Assembly: GCA_032718475.1 (NCBI GenBank) | Contig: JAUCBJ010006864.1 | Coordinates: 1 to 64,000, forward strand | Origin: Nemertoderma westbladi | Taxonomy: Eukaryota > Animalia > Xenacoelomorpha | DNA: 64,000 nucleotides | Direction: 5' to 3' | Shown here: piece by piece, positions 1 to 11,958 of the stretch | Numbering within the stretch: the first letter of the stretch is position 1 | Layout of the letters: every line of letters starts with the position of its first letter | Position numbers and translations under genes: made by a program | Notes under the pieces: model-generated | What the model was told of the DNA's origin: nothing | Databases searched by the model: none | Seen by the model: only the letters and a program-made list of their open reading frames with translations

Positions 1-343
1 CCTAAATTATCAAAATTTCTGCACAAATTACTCTATAGATATCAGTATGTCCAAATTTAAATACCTTCAGTAAAATAATTTTTCACTTCAGTTATTGAAG
101 TACGTAATAGAATGAGTATTTTATAATACTTAAATAGTGTATAATGTACAACTCCTATTGGTAAGCACAAAATTAGTTATGTAATTTAATTACATAATAA
201 TAATCCCCCAATAATATAATATCATTTTTCCCCATATAAGAGTTCTAATTTTTCCCAGTAATAGTATTCTGTGTTTAAGTTCATATATTAATTTTTATCC
301 TACGTTGCTAGCTCGAGTGCCTCGCTAATATAATTACAAAGCT

Positions 344-1450
344 TTAATGTATTTTCGACCGACATTCTGAGAAAGTTATATAAGACTGACAATTATAATT
401 AAGCTGTAGTGTCTCAGTCATTTTGCATCTAAGCATAATATGTTCTTCTGTTTGAACAGAAACTCCATCGCAACTGCAGACCCGCTCGCACGATGGGGTT
501 CGGCTCCACCTTCCCCTCTCAATCCTAAGGTTGTGAGATATTAACCGAAGGCGCGTTAACGCTAGGCGTTTGTAGTCAGCTATTATGGTGGGTTTTTGGT
601 TTCGGTAGACCGCGTGCACCTCGAGCGATGGGTTTAAGGTTGTAGAGTAAGTATTAAATTTAGTCGCTGTTAGTGGCTTATTTCGATCCCGCACCTTAAC
701 CGATTCTAGCGACACATCTAGATTAATTGAAACCGATGCTTTCAGGGTCTGGCAGCCATTACATCCATCTCTTTCACATATTTTTAGAGCCTGCTTGATT
801 GGTAAATATTCATCTGTCATAGCCTCGGTTTTCGTAATGAACTTTTTTTGTGCTTCTATAACTCTCGCTTGTGGAGGTTTCGCTCCGAGCTCTAAAGTGC
901 ACAAGTCGTTTGGTGTACTTTCTCGTACCCCAAGTAATGCCTTAACTGATTTAAAGTACACCTTTTCAATTGATTTAATATCGCCGGTGAACCATGATTA
1001 ACAGCCGTAGAAAATAGATGCAGATAAGCAAGACTCAAAAACACGATACTTTAAGAAGACTTGGTTAGCACCACAGAAAATTATAAATTTATTAATTTCA
1101 TCTTGCCATCCTGCGTAAACGGCGAGCCCAATTAAAGGTACTCGTTGCAGCAGCTCGACACACTAGTACCATTATAAATAATAGTATTAGAATCATCGGT
1201 ACTACCGTTTATTACAAAAAATTTTGTTTTTTCTGATTGATTATCATTCCGTAGTCTGTACAGTAATCTACTAATATTTTGAATTTTTCTTCGCGAATGA
1301 TTTACGTGAAGTCATCCATTAGGAGTAAAATTTGTAATGCGCCTAGAAAACCGTCGGTATGATATGCTAATCGTAATCTACGCACAAACTCGTTCAAATA
1401 TAAACAAAATAGTGTTAGGCTAGTGGGAGTGGGCGCACCCTGCCTGATTA
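344..1450 (-). mobile_element. Decayed non-LTR retrotransposon (LINE), RT and C-terminal part
   Basis: ORF 344-961 has a LINE C-terminal pattern (LTRLRL..HNL.IE.GRW...ER.C.C...EEH...C). The minus strand near 1370-1450 reads RQGA..SLTLFCLYLNE, an RT motif. Frameshifts and stops lie between. Confidence 0.8.
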
Positions 1451-1617
1451 AAAATAATAACGGCGTCTTCTAACAGACACTTTGTACTTTTATAATAATA
1501 ATATAAATAATTAATCAATCAAGCAATAAAAATTAATCCCTTTCCAGGGGAAATTGGACGCAAATAACAGATGATTTACCTTCAAAAATAAAATTGTAAC
1601 CTGTTATATTGTGTTTA

Positions 1618-2389
1618 ATATGAATATTATGATAATAGCGAATGAAAAAAATGCCGTAGTTATTAAAGTATTTAAATTCGAACGTTTCGATTTAATCAAT
1701 AAATCATCATCAGCGTAGGCTAACAGACAGTAAAAATGAACAAATTAACATATTTATACTACAGTACTGCAATAGATTTAAATACAACAATATTTAGAAT
1801 TAATGTATAGTGTAGGTAGGTACATAAGTGCTCGGTCGGGGGGAGGGGGGGGGGGGGGGGGTGGCAGGGATGGGTTGCGGATCCCTGCCCCCCCCCCCCT
1901 CCCCCCGACTGAGCACATATGTACCTACCTACACTATACATTAATTCTAAATATTGTTTTTTTTCACTATCTTACGTGCACCTACAATACGTTTTGTTTT
2001 GATTCACCTATTTGTTTTTATATACTGTAGTTAGGTAACCCCAATAATTATGTATCTATATGTTTTTACGTTTACCCATATACATACCTGTAATCAATTC
2101 TGCTATAATACTTACTGCCTACCGGTATCTGTTGCATACTCCTAATAACTTTAATTTTACATGATTCTGAATTCTGATATTGTTGTATTTAAATCTATTG
2201 CAGTACTGTAGTATAAATATGTTAATTTGTTCATTTTTACTGTCTGTTAGCCTACGCTGATGATGATTTATTGATTAAATCGAAACGTTCGAATTTAAAT
2301 ACTTTAATAACTATGGCATTTTTTTCATTCGCTATTATCTTAATATTCAAATTAAGACTGAGATACCCCACTGGGACTTCAATCACTTC
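1618..2389. mobile_element. Penelope-like inverted-repeat element with minimal hammerhead motifs
   Basis: ~175-bp inverted arms (1615-1793 / 2177-2355), inner hairpin 1786-1957, and a 13-bp flanking duplication tatattgtgttta (1605-1617, 2390-2402). Each arm has CTGATGA-t-GATTTA-loop-TAAATC-GAAA-CGTT. Confidence 0.65.
2257..2291 (+). ncRNA. Minimal type-I hammerhead ribozyme motif (mirror copy on minus strand ~1678-1712)
   Basis: CTGATGA 2257-2263, stem II gattta/taaatc, GAAA 2282-2285, palindromic aacgtt for stem III; stem I only 2 bp. Confidence 0.6.
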
Positions 2390-2529
2390 TATATTGTGTT
2401 TAGTTCATTGATTTGGTTAAAAAAAAGTGCCACTGTAACCTGCTCCTTTCCCTAAATTCATAATTTAACATCGAGGCGGGATTAATTCGCCAAGGCGGTT
2501 TTTGCGTCCAGCTTCCTCCCCTGCCTCAT

Positions 2530-2830
2530 GGGAGTCGTTGGGCTCTAATCTCTGGATGGTACTTATACAAGAATGTTGCACATTGTGTCAGGTACAATGA
2601 ACACATCTCCAATCAGACTATATACAATGTCTGGAGGTGTTTGATTAGTTTCGCACAGAACGGAGCCGCAAGACATTGTTTCGCGGTGAGGACCAGCCAC
2701 TACATAATCTTGTGCTTTGGCGGCCTCATAGTGCGAATAAGCATGGTAGACAGCCCATGACTTTCTTGAGACGCTTCTTAAATGACACTGGCCTTGAATA
2801 TGCGGTTGGTCTAACAAATGTCATAGTTGA
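2530..2830 (+). mobile_element. RTE-like LINE 3' remnant (homologous remnant at ~34180-34400, minus strand)
   Basis: Reads FRGEDQPLHNLVLWRPH...GRQPMTFLRRFLNDTG, like LINE RT C-termini; nucleotide similarity to the reverse complement of 34210-34375. Confidence 0.6.
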
Positions 2831-4070
2831 TATGGAGTTTTTGGCGCAATTTCGTCGACAAGCCGGCACAGCATTCTTACTTTCAATGACGGTGCATCAT
2901 TTTCAACCACTTTATCAACCGACATTTAAATACTCTCCATCAATAATATCCCTCTAATTTTTACTTTGATCAACTAATTTTCGATGTTTCAAGTAACTAA
3001 TCCCCAACTATCTTTTATTTCTTCTGAAGTCATTTTCCATTATAATACAATATCATCTGACAAGATTCGAGCATATTTAACATGGCATATACAAAATTAA
3101 TGTTATCGTACAACCCCGGGGTACCTCCGTATCCTATATATTATATATACCCTAACCAATCAAGTTCAGTTGAAAGTAATTGAAATTCTGAATCGACAAT
3201 GTAAAGCACATCCACTATTAATATTGGTTGCGAAGTTATTACTGAATGATTGAAATGATTTAATCCTTCCATGGATGAAATTATAATAATACAATAATAC
3301 CTAATACCTTAGAGTAAGTAAGTATACTGTCGTTGAGTAGATCATGGATTACTTAGATGCAGTTGGGTTCGTAGCTTTCGTGGTTACTGGTTGTTTTAAA
3401 TAGTTTATTGTAGTCCTTTGAACAATAAGATTAACTACAACTTAACTAGGCCTACTGCATGTATAGAAGGGCTGTAATACGTCTTATTTTGGTTCTGTAT
3501 ATAAAATCGGTCCCTCAAGGATCATTTCAGGATCTTTCAAATGATTCTCTGTGGCTGCTTTAGGCCAATTTAGTTTCCATTTTTTACCAGTATTTTTATT
3601 ATTAGAAGACTGCCTCAATTAATGCATTTTTGAACACTTCGATGTTAATTGTCCTTGCTATTGTTGTTTGTAAAGTTGACATTATTGAAGTGACAGTGAG
3701 TCAAATAATTATTTGCAATCAACCTGTTTACTCTTTGGTGATTAATTACTTTATACTGTAACAATGGATGGACGGTCCGGTGAGACAGCTATCTTTCAAC
3801 GTTGTCTCTTCTTGAATGTTAAAATACAGTAGAGGGACGACTGAAAAGATAAGACAGGAAACTCATAATTTTCTCCCCAATTGAACTCGAACAAGGATAG
3901 GAAGATGATAGGCTGACAGGCGAAGGCTGGTGATCTTACAATCGACTGACAGTTGCAAAGGTATTACATTTTACATTTGGTATGTAAACCATGTAACCTC
4001 AGATAACCAGCCATAGCAAGCTTTCTTTAAAAACCTTGCTGGGCTAATCAGTGATAAGCAAACATTAAAA

Positions 4071-4403
4071 GGTTACCCAGCAAACTTGGCCCACGAGAAT
4101 GCTTCGCCCGCGTCCAATATTCGCCCGGAGCAATCTTCGCACTCTAATGATTGTTAACAACGTAGTTTATTGGTTTGGCTAGAAAAAGCCCTCTCTGCCG
4201 TCTCAGTAACCTGTTCATTTCCCCCAATCGTGCATAGGTTTGACATGGGCGAAGATTGAACGCGGGCGAAGATTGAACGCGGGCGAAGATTTCCCGCGGG
4301 CGAAGATTTCCCGCGGGCGAAGTTTTCCCGCGGGCGATGTTTTCCCGAGGGCGAATATTTCCCGCGGGCGAAGTTTTTCCGCGGGCGAAGATAGCACCCA
4401 ACC
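4071..4403. mobile_element. MITE with inverted arrays of a ~15-16 bp motif
   Basis: ggtt...aacc ends; ttcgccc motifs at 4095-4140 face ~10 gggcgaagatttcccgc units at 4247-4392. Confidence 0.55.
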
Positions 4404-4700
4404 CTTAAAAGCAGTCTGAACTACGAAATGACTCTGAGAGTGAGAGAAGCGTAAGTTCATCATTATTAAACTTTGAAATTTATAAGTTATCGTATTAGAA
4501 TTTGTTATGAATCTTTGAAATTTATTAGTTATCGTGTTAGCATTCTAAAATCTCTTTAACTAAATTGACTTTCAATAACCACAATTGGCGATTATCGCAG
4601 ATTTTGTAGCTGATTTCATTGTATCTGGCCGTAAATCTAATTATTTCACGGCTTACCAATGATCTAATTTCCTTCAGAATCGAGTCCTACAATCAAAAAG

Positions 4701-6275
4701 TGTAACCCTATTAAACCCGGGGGAGGGGGTCAATATGACCCCCCCCCGTGGTTTTTCTATTATAATTCTGAAACAAACGCAGTTGGGAATCTGAAATTAT
4801 ATGACTTTTCTTAAAAATCTATTGTCTTCCTAGTAGTGAAAACCGTTTTCAAAAATATTGGGTACTTTTCGAGTTATAGCACCATTTTTTAACCCTACTT
4901 TTGGCATTTTTTTGAAACGTTTTTTGAAAATTACATTTCATTAAATATGAATTGTAACATCTCTATTTTTGATTTACACCGGTTTTTTGGTGTTAGAAAT
5001 TGGATGGAATTCATATAAATTGATTTAGAAATTTCAAACTTGTTTTTTTCGGTGGGTGCCAAATTTTGGTGCCAGCACCAAATTTTGAAATATGTCAATT
5101 TTGTAAATTGATTGTTTGAAAGTTGTGTTTTACGCAATTGGGGTTTTATGGGGTTCTAGATTCGATGAAATATATACGAGTTGCAACAAGCGTATCAAAC
5201 TTGTATTTTTCGGTGCTGTGTGCAAATTTTGGTGCTAGCACGAAATTTTGAAAATCCATTCAATTGATAAAATTGCTTGTGACAATTTATTTCTTGCGTT
5301 TTAGAGGTTTATGGCTGTTCTGAATTCAATGGAATATATAATTATCGAACTAGACATCTCAAACTTGTATTTTTCGGATGTGGGTGCAAAATGTGGTGCT
5401 AGCACCAAATTTTGAAAACCATCAAATATATCAATTGATTGTGTCACCTTGTTTCTTGCGTTATACGGGTTTGTGATGGTTCTGAATTCAATGGAATCAG
5501 TAAAAATTTCATAAGAGTTCTCAAACTTGTATTTTTCGCCGGTGGGTGAAAATTGTTGTGCCAGCACCAAATTTTGGAAAATATGCAAATTGATCAGTAG
5601 ATAGTATCACCTTGTTTCTTGCGTTATACGGGTTTATGAGGGTCCTGAATCCGATGGAATTAATAAAAACAGCACTGGACATCGCAAACTTGTACTTTTT
5701 GGTGCTGGGTACGAAATTTGGTGCTAGCACCAAAATTTGCCAAATTACGCCGAAAAATACAAGTAGCAATGATCTGGCATATTAGAAAAGTATTCCATTA
5801 AAATCAGCGCCGTCGAAAACCTGAAAATGTGAATTTATAGCATCGTATAAGTTAATTAAAAATTTTGTGTTCTAACTGAAAAGTGCTGGTTACTTGTATT
5901 TTTCATTTTTTTCCTGCGCAGAGAGGACTAAATAGCCATTTATAGTAATCATATCATTTTTAAATATTTTCCAATGTATTTTGCACCCCAGAAAACCTGT
6001 ATTGAAAAATAATTAGCCGAAAATGTAACTTTCAAATTTTGTGAAAATTGTGCACTACTTGTAATTTTGGTGCTGCAATATAACCACTCCACTACATTTT
6101 TTTCGAAATTTTTTTTTTCGGTCGGATCCAGACATGTGTTACCTACGTACAAACAAAGAATCAGACGTTTTCGTAAATATTTGTAGATTTTAGAGGGGTG
6201 GGGGTCAATATGCCCCCCCCCCCCCCCCCCCGGTATTTGTACAACATTTTATAGCCCAGTACTAATAGGGTTACA
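4701..6275. mobile_element. Non-autonomous DNA transposon with piggyBac-like ends and an internal ~162-bp tandem repeat
   Basis: 13-bp inverted ends tgtaaccctatta / taatagggttaca; caaacttgt.tttt recurs at ~5035, 5196, 5360, 5522, 5685. An end fragment starting ttaa-ccc lies at 10505-10559. Confidence 0.7.
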
Positions 6276-6736
6276 TCAGTAGACCAAGGTGTGAGTTGCC
6301 TCGTGTCAGTCAGGTTGTGTCATATTCCTGCGAATTTTTGTGTAGGCCCCTATATACTGTATATATGATATCTACTTGATACAGTATTGTATATAGGTAC
6401 CATTGATGTTGTTTGCTATAAAGCATTATTTTCTGTAATCACTGACAGGCACAAATTATCCACTGGTTATTATTTTTTATTTTTTTTTTTTGGGGGGAGG
6501 GGGGGGGGGGGGTGGGTGGGGCATAAAGTATTATAGCTCAGCGCTTTGCTGCCATTTCAACGACTCTCTGTCGGTTGGACTGTCTGCCTAGTCGGCTAAT
6601 AGTCGGCTAATATTTGGAGGTTAATAATTGGTACAATGTAGTTGATGTCCCACGATCGTGTAATTGCTACAGCTGATTACAATTACAGTAGGCCTAGTAA
6701 AACAACGGATCAAGTCTGATATTAAAACTTTACAAA

Positions 6737-7247
6737 ATGAACTTTAAGTTGATATTATGTATCATTCTGTTAAACATCTGTATGACCCTTGGCAGGAAAT
6801 TTCCTAATGATGTTGCCAAGTCTGAGGCTGAAGGATTCCTGAATGTTAAGGAGCGATCGTGGGACCCTTATGGTAGCTCTTATGTTAGTATCAGAAGCAA
6901 AGATAGAAAAAAGTCAATGGGATACTTTCACTTTCAGTATACCCTACAGTATACTACAAACAATATGTTGCAATTAGTATACTAAAAAGATTCATCATTA
7001 TGATGCAATTAATATCACCTTATAATTATTTAACTAAAGTATAAAGTACTGCAGAAATATTTATATACAGTAAAGTATTATTAATATATTATTAGATTAT
7101 ATGAATGAGGAATTACAGTATGTAGGATTGGAATAACATAGGGGTTTGTTATGTTTTTAGAACAACTTATATACGGAAGAATGCTATGGTGAATGGTGTG
7201 ATGAGGGGGAAGTAGAGGAATGGTACTCTAGCAATTTTTTTAATTAA
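6737..7247 (+). CDS. Two-exon small secreted peptide with Gla-domain-like motif (join 6737..6883, 7161..7247; 77 aa)
   Basis: Hydrophobic signal MNFKLILCIILLNICMTLG, propeptide-like DVAKSEAEGFLNVKER, phase-0 intron gttagt...ttttag (6884-7160), exon 2 NNLYTEECYGEWCDEGEVEEWYSSNFFN*. Confidence 0.65.
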
Positions 7248-8359
7248 ATTCGACCGAAACTGTTGACTGGTCGAAACCGAAACTCTATGGACCCTACTAT
7301 GAACTCTATGTAGTTTCTGTAGTAGACATTAGACCTACTCTCTGAGACAATATTTATTGGTTATCTATGGTGGTAGTTGTATACTCTATATTCCCCATTT
7401 ATGTATACTATGTATATTACAGTATATTTAACTAATGTTGTAATTGGTTTTGATATAATTGTCGTAATGAATTGATGCAATGTAAATAACTTTTGGGTGT
7501 AGGCCTAGTTCTACCTAGGCCTAGTATGTAATATAAATTACTTATTCGTGTGTACTTATTTTATCTCACTGTTCTCTCCTTAGTGCGCTCTCCTCTCTTT
7601 ACCTAAGACCATTATCTTCTCCAAATATCGGGTCATTTATATCTTCTACTCATACGCGAGATCATCTCATAGATCGTCCAACCCTGGTTCTTTCCACTTT
7701 TTCTCTCGTGTCGAAAAGGTTATCTTACGCCATTTGATCCTCAGCCACGCCAGTGGGCAAAGGGCCTTGGTATGGGTTGGGTGTTAGCGCATTTGACAAA
7801 AAAGACGTTTTTAACCCCTGTCTTGTATATTTTAGAAAATATTCTAGAAAGATGTATTGTAGTACTGCGGGGGGGGGGGGGGGGGGGGGGGGGAGCGCCC
7901 CCATGCTTGATACTGCATAGCCCTTTAAAGGAACTTTTACTTCGTTTATCCATGCAACCAACCTACACAGATTGCAGCCTCGGTTAATAATTTACGATTA
8001 TTATAAATGACTCAGACTCTCTGCCACCACGCGATATGATCACATTTCATACAGACAGCATACTGTATACCGGTAGGCGTACTGTACGTACATACGTACA
8101 GCTGGTCCGTTCAACACAATCCACGTGTCATTAGATTTGTCGCAAATAGTGTATACAGTAGGCCCTATACAAACAGTTTGTGCGTTCCCATCACAACCAT
8201 ACTAAACTCTGAAGTAAAAGTTAGGCCAGGAATTAGGAATTACACACAAATTCTCAGCACTTTTTTCCCGTTTGGTCCCCCCAGAATTTAGCTTCCCAAA
8301 GGGAGCTTGTAATTGTGGGGGGAGGGGGGGGGGTGGTTGGTGCGAGCCATAAAGTATAA

Positions 8360-8620
8360 GACCTTCGCGTTTAAGAACCGCAATTTCAACGACTGTCTAT
8401 CGGTCTGTCTGGTAATGTATTTTGTGCAATTTTTTTTGGTGCTGATTTTAATCGCAAAGTCACTTATGCCGCTAGATGGCAAGATAGCAAAAAGTCATAA
8501 TCTTCTCTCAATTCGTTGTTTCTAATCCGTTAACGCTCGCCATTACGATCGGACTACCGATTCTATTGTTCTGCTCTAAGGTGCGTCTCGTGCAGCGCGA
8601 AGGCCCCACGATTGTGTAAT
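8360..8620. mobile_element. Possible Helentron/DINE-1-like non-autonomous element
   Basis: Subterminal inverted repeat gaccttcgcg / cgcgaaggcc, gtct-type microsatellite, short 3' palindrome; shorter relative at ~6530-6665. Confidence 0.35.
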
Positions 8621-8692
8621 AATTGGTAGTATCAGTATACAATCAAGTCAAGTCAATACCATCTAGTCAATAATAATTATTAGTCTAACAAG

Positions 8693-8826
8693 ATGCACTT
8701 TAAGTTGATATTATGAATTGTTATGTTAAACATCTGTTTGACCATTGGAACGAAACTTAGTTACCATGATGTAGCGAAGTCCGAGGCCGATGGATTCCTG
8801 AAGGTTCGATATTTAAGGAGCGATCT
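8693..8826 (+). pseudogene. Pseudogene duplicate of exon 1 of the Gla-like peptide gene
   Basis: MHFKLIL*IVMLNICLTIG...DVAKSEADGFLKV; TGA at 8714-8716 replaces TGT; upstream flank also duplicated; no exon 2 seen. Confidence 0.85.
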
Positions 8827-8982
8827 GAGAAAACATAGAGGGAGATGATTCAAGAGAAATGGAGGATGAAAGGCGCGTAGCTGCTGCTCGAAGGTTAGTA
8901 TAAAGATAAAAAATAAGAATAGAAGATTAAAGGGATACGGTTTGTGATAACAAAAAACCATGAACATTGAACAGTTAATAAC

Positions 8983-10508
8983 GGACACAAACATTAATGA
9001 GGGACACAAACATTAAACGAGGGACACTAACATTAATGAGGGACACTAACATTAATGAGGGACACAAACATTAATGAGGGACACAAACATTAATAAGGTA
9101 CACAAACATTAATGAGATACAAAAACATTAATGAGGGACACAAACATTAAACGAGGGACACTAACATTAATGAGGGACACAAACATTAATGAGGGATACT
9201 AACATTAATGAGGGACACAAACATTACTAAGGTACACAAACATTAATGAGGGACACAAACATTAATAAGGTACACAAACATTAATGAGATACACAACCAT
9301 TAATGAGGGACACAAACATTAAACGAGGGACACTAACATTAATGAGGGACACAAACATTAATAAGGTACACTAACATTAATGAGGGACACAAACATTAAT
9401 AATGTACACAAACATTAATGAGATACACAAACATTAATGAGGGACACATACATTAAACGAGGGACACTAACATTAATGAGGGACACAAACATTAATAAGG
9501 TACACAAACATTAATGAGATACACTAACATTAATGAGGGACACAAACATTAAACGAGGGACACTAACATTAATGAGGGACACAAACATTAATGAGGGATA
9601 CTAACATTAATGAGGGACACAAACATTAATAAGGTACACAAACATTAATGAGGGACGCAAACATTAATAAGGTACACAAACATTAATGAGATACATAACC
9701 ATTAATGAGGGACACAAACATTAAACGAGGGACACTAACATTAATGAGGGACACAAACATTAATAAGGTACACTAACATTAATGAGGGACACAAACATTA
9801 ATAATGTACACAAACATTAATGAGATACACAAACATTAATGAGAGACACAAACATTAATGAGATACACAAACATTAATGAGATACACAACCATTAATGAG
9901 GGACACATACATTAAACGAGGGACACTAACATTAATGAGGGACACAAACATTAATAAGGTACACAACCATTAATGAGATACACTAACATTAATGAGGGAC
10001 ACAAACATTAAACGAGGGACACTAACATTAATGAGGGACACAAACATTAATGAGGGATACTAACATTAATGAGGGACACAAACATTAATAAGGTACACAA
10101 ACATTAATGAGGGACGCAAACATTAATAAGGTACACAAACATTAATGAGATACACAACCATTAATGAGGGACACAAACATTAAACGAGGGACACTAACAT
10201 TAATGAGGGACACAAACATTAATAAGGTACACTAACATTAATGAGGGACACAAACATTAATAATGTACACAAACATTAATGAGATACACAAACATTAATG
10301 AGGGACACAAACATTAAACGAGGGACACTAACATTAATGAGGGACACAAACATTAATAAGGTACACAAACATAATGAGATACACTAACATTAATGAGGGA
10401 CACAAACATTAATAAGGTACACAAACATTAATGAGATACACAAACATTAATGAGGGACACAAACATTATACGAGGGACACTAACATTAATGAGGGGCACA
10501 AACATTAA
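8983..10508 (-). repeat. ~19-bp satellite array (agggacacaaacattaatg), opposite orientation to the arrays at 19013 and 24835
   Basis: Directly visible tandem array of roughly 80 units with higher-order repetition. Confidence 0.97.
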
Positions 10509-11958
10509 CCCTATTAGTACCGGGCTATAAAATGTACAAATACCGGGGGAGGGGGTCATTGTCACAATATTGAATATAGAGTTTACGTTGTTATATTAAA
10601 GAAAAACAATTTTCTATTTTGGAACTTCCAGTTGGGGAAAATCCATTATATGGCGCCCGATAAAAATAATTTAATTTAATTGTACATTATTTCAAAAGGA
10701 CTCCCACTTGGGGGAGTACCTTATTCAATTATGAACTCAATCAAACTCTAAAAGTATCACAGTATCACTTTCAAGTAATTGTGTCAATTTGATACATTGG
10801 AAACATTTGTGTGACAACATTCCTAATCATGGCTGATGATCTCAAACGGTTGATACGTTCGAGAGGTGGGAAAAGATCGGCAGTGACGATCGCTATTCAC
10901 GACGCCGACGACATTGATCAGCTCACTAGAGAGGAGAAGCTCTCAAAGATCACAATCCTGAACTGTTACAGTGAGAAGTTAGACAGTATGGACGAAGACA
11001 TCTGGGGACTAATGGAGGAAAAAGAATGTGACAAAGACGCATCAGAAGCTGCTATCTACAAGGTTAGACTCACTAATTGTATAACTCGGTTACAGTTATC
11101 ACTATCTGTTACAGACTCGAACACATCAAATCCAGATAACATTAACTCAAGTACGGTTATACCAAGACCTACATTCAATAGTCAAGATTCTACAGTAACT
11201 TACGCTACTAGTAGTACTTATGCTCGTTCTGTGCTCCCAAAGCTGGATAGGCCCGTTTTTTCAGGTAATGTGCTTGATTTTTGTGGGTGGCGGGATTCTT
11301 TTCGAAGTGCAATTCATGACTCTGGTTTGCCTGATGTCCTTAAACTACAACATTTATTACAGTCATTAACTGGTGAAGCAAAATCAGTGGTTGTGGGACT
11401 TTCTGTTTCCAGTGAAAATTATACTGTAGCTATGGACCTTCTACAAGCACGTTACGGGTCACAAAGTCGCATTATACAAGCACATATAGAACAACTTAGA
11501 AACATAAGTAAAACATTCACAGGAGACTCACTAAATTTAAGACAGGTTTATAATACTTGCTTAGCACACATACGAGCATTAGAAGCACTGAATACGAAAC
11601 CAGATCAATACCAAATCACCGTAATTCCTGACATTATGAGTACACTACCATTCGATTTCGGCACACGTCTTTTAGAAAAATCAAACAATAACATAGATAA
11701 CCTTATGTGGCTCATGGACCAAATAGGCTTGCGCTTAGCTAGTGAGGAGGCGATGGGTGTGTTTTGTGGCAATAGTTCTTCGAATAATACTCAATCAGCA
11801 CAAAATTACAATTATCAACAAAAATCAACAATCAGACACACTCCAACAGCAGCCTCACTACCTATAGCAACCCAACATACATACCGTCACACACTACAAA
11901 ATAAAACTCAACAGTCTCTACCGAAACCGCAAATGGTAAGATGTATATTCTGTAAACA

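Larger units (their letters stand above)
1522..2517. mobile_element. ~230-bp MITE copy interrupted by the 1618-2389 insertion
   Basis: 1522-1617 plus 2390-2517 align by eye to the uninterrupted copy at 27021-27245; right end ttgcgtccagcttcct. Confidence 0.7.

Noticed and set aside
8714-8716. TGA replacing a Cys codon as possible selenocysteine
   Set aside because: It lies in a signal peptide of a truncated duplicate and no SECIS was seen; a nonsense mutation is simpler.
8983-10508. CRISPR-like regular array (also 24835-27020 and 59485-60555)
   Set aside because: Head-to-tail units with no unique spacers, no cas genes, and a eukaryotic context.
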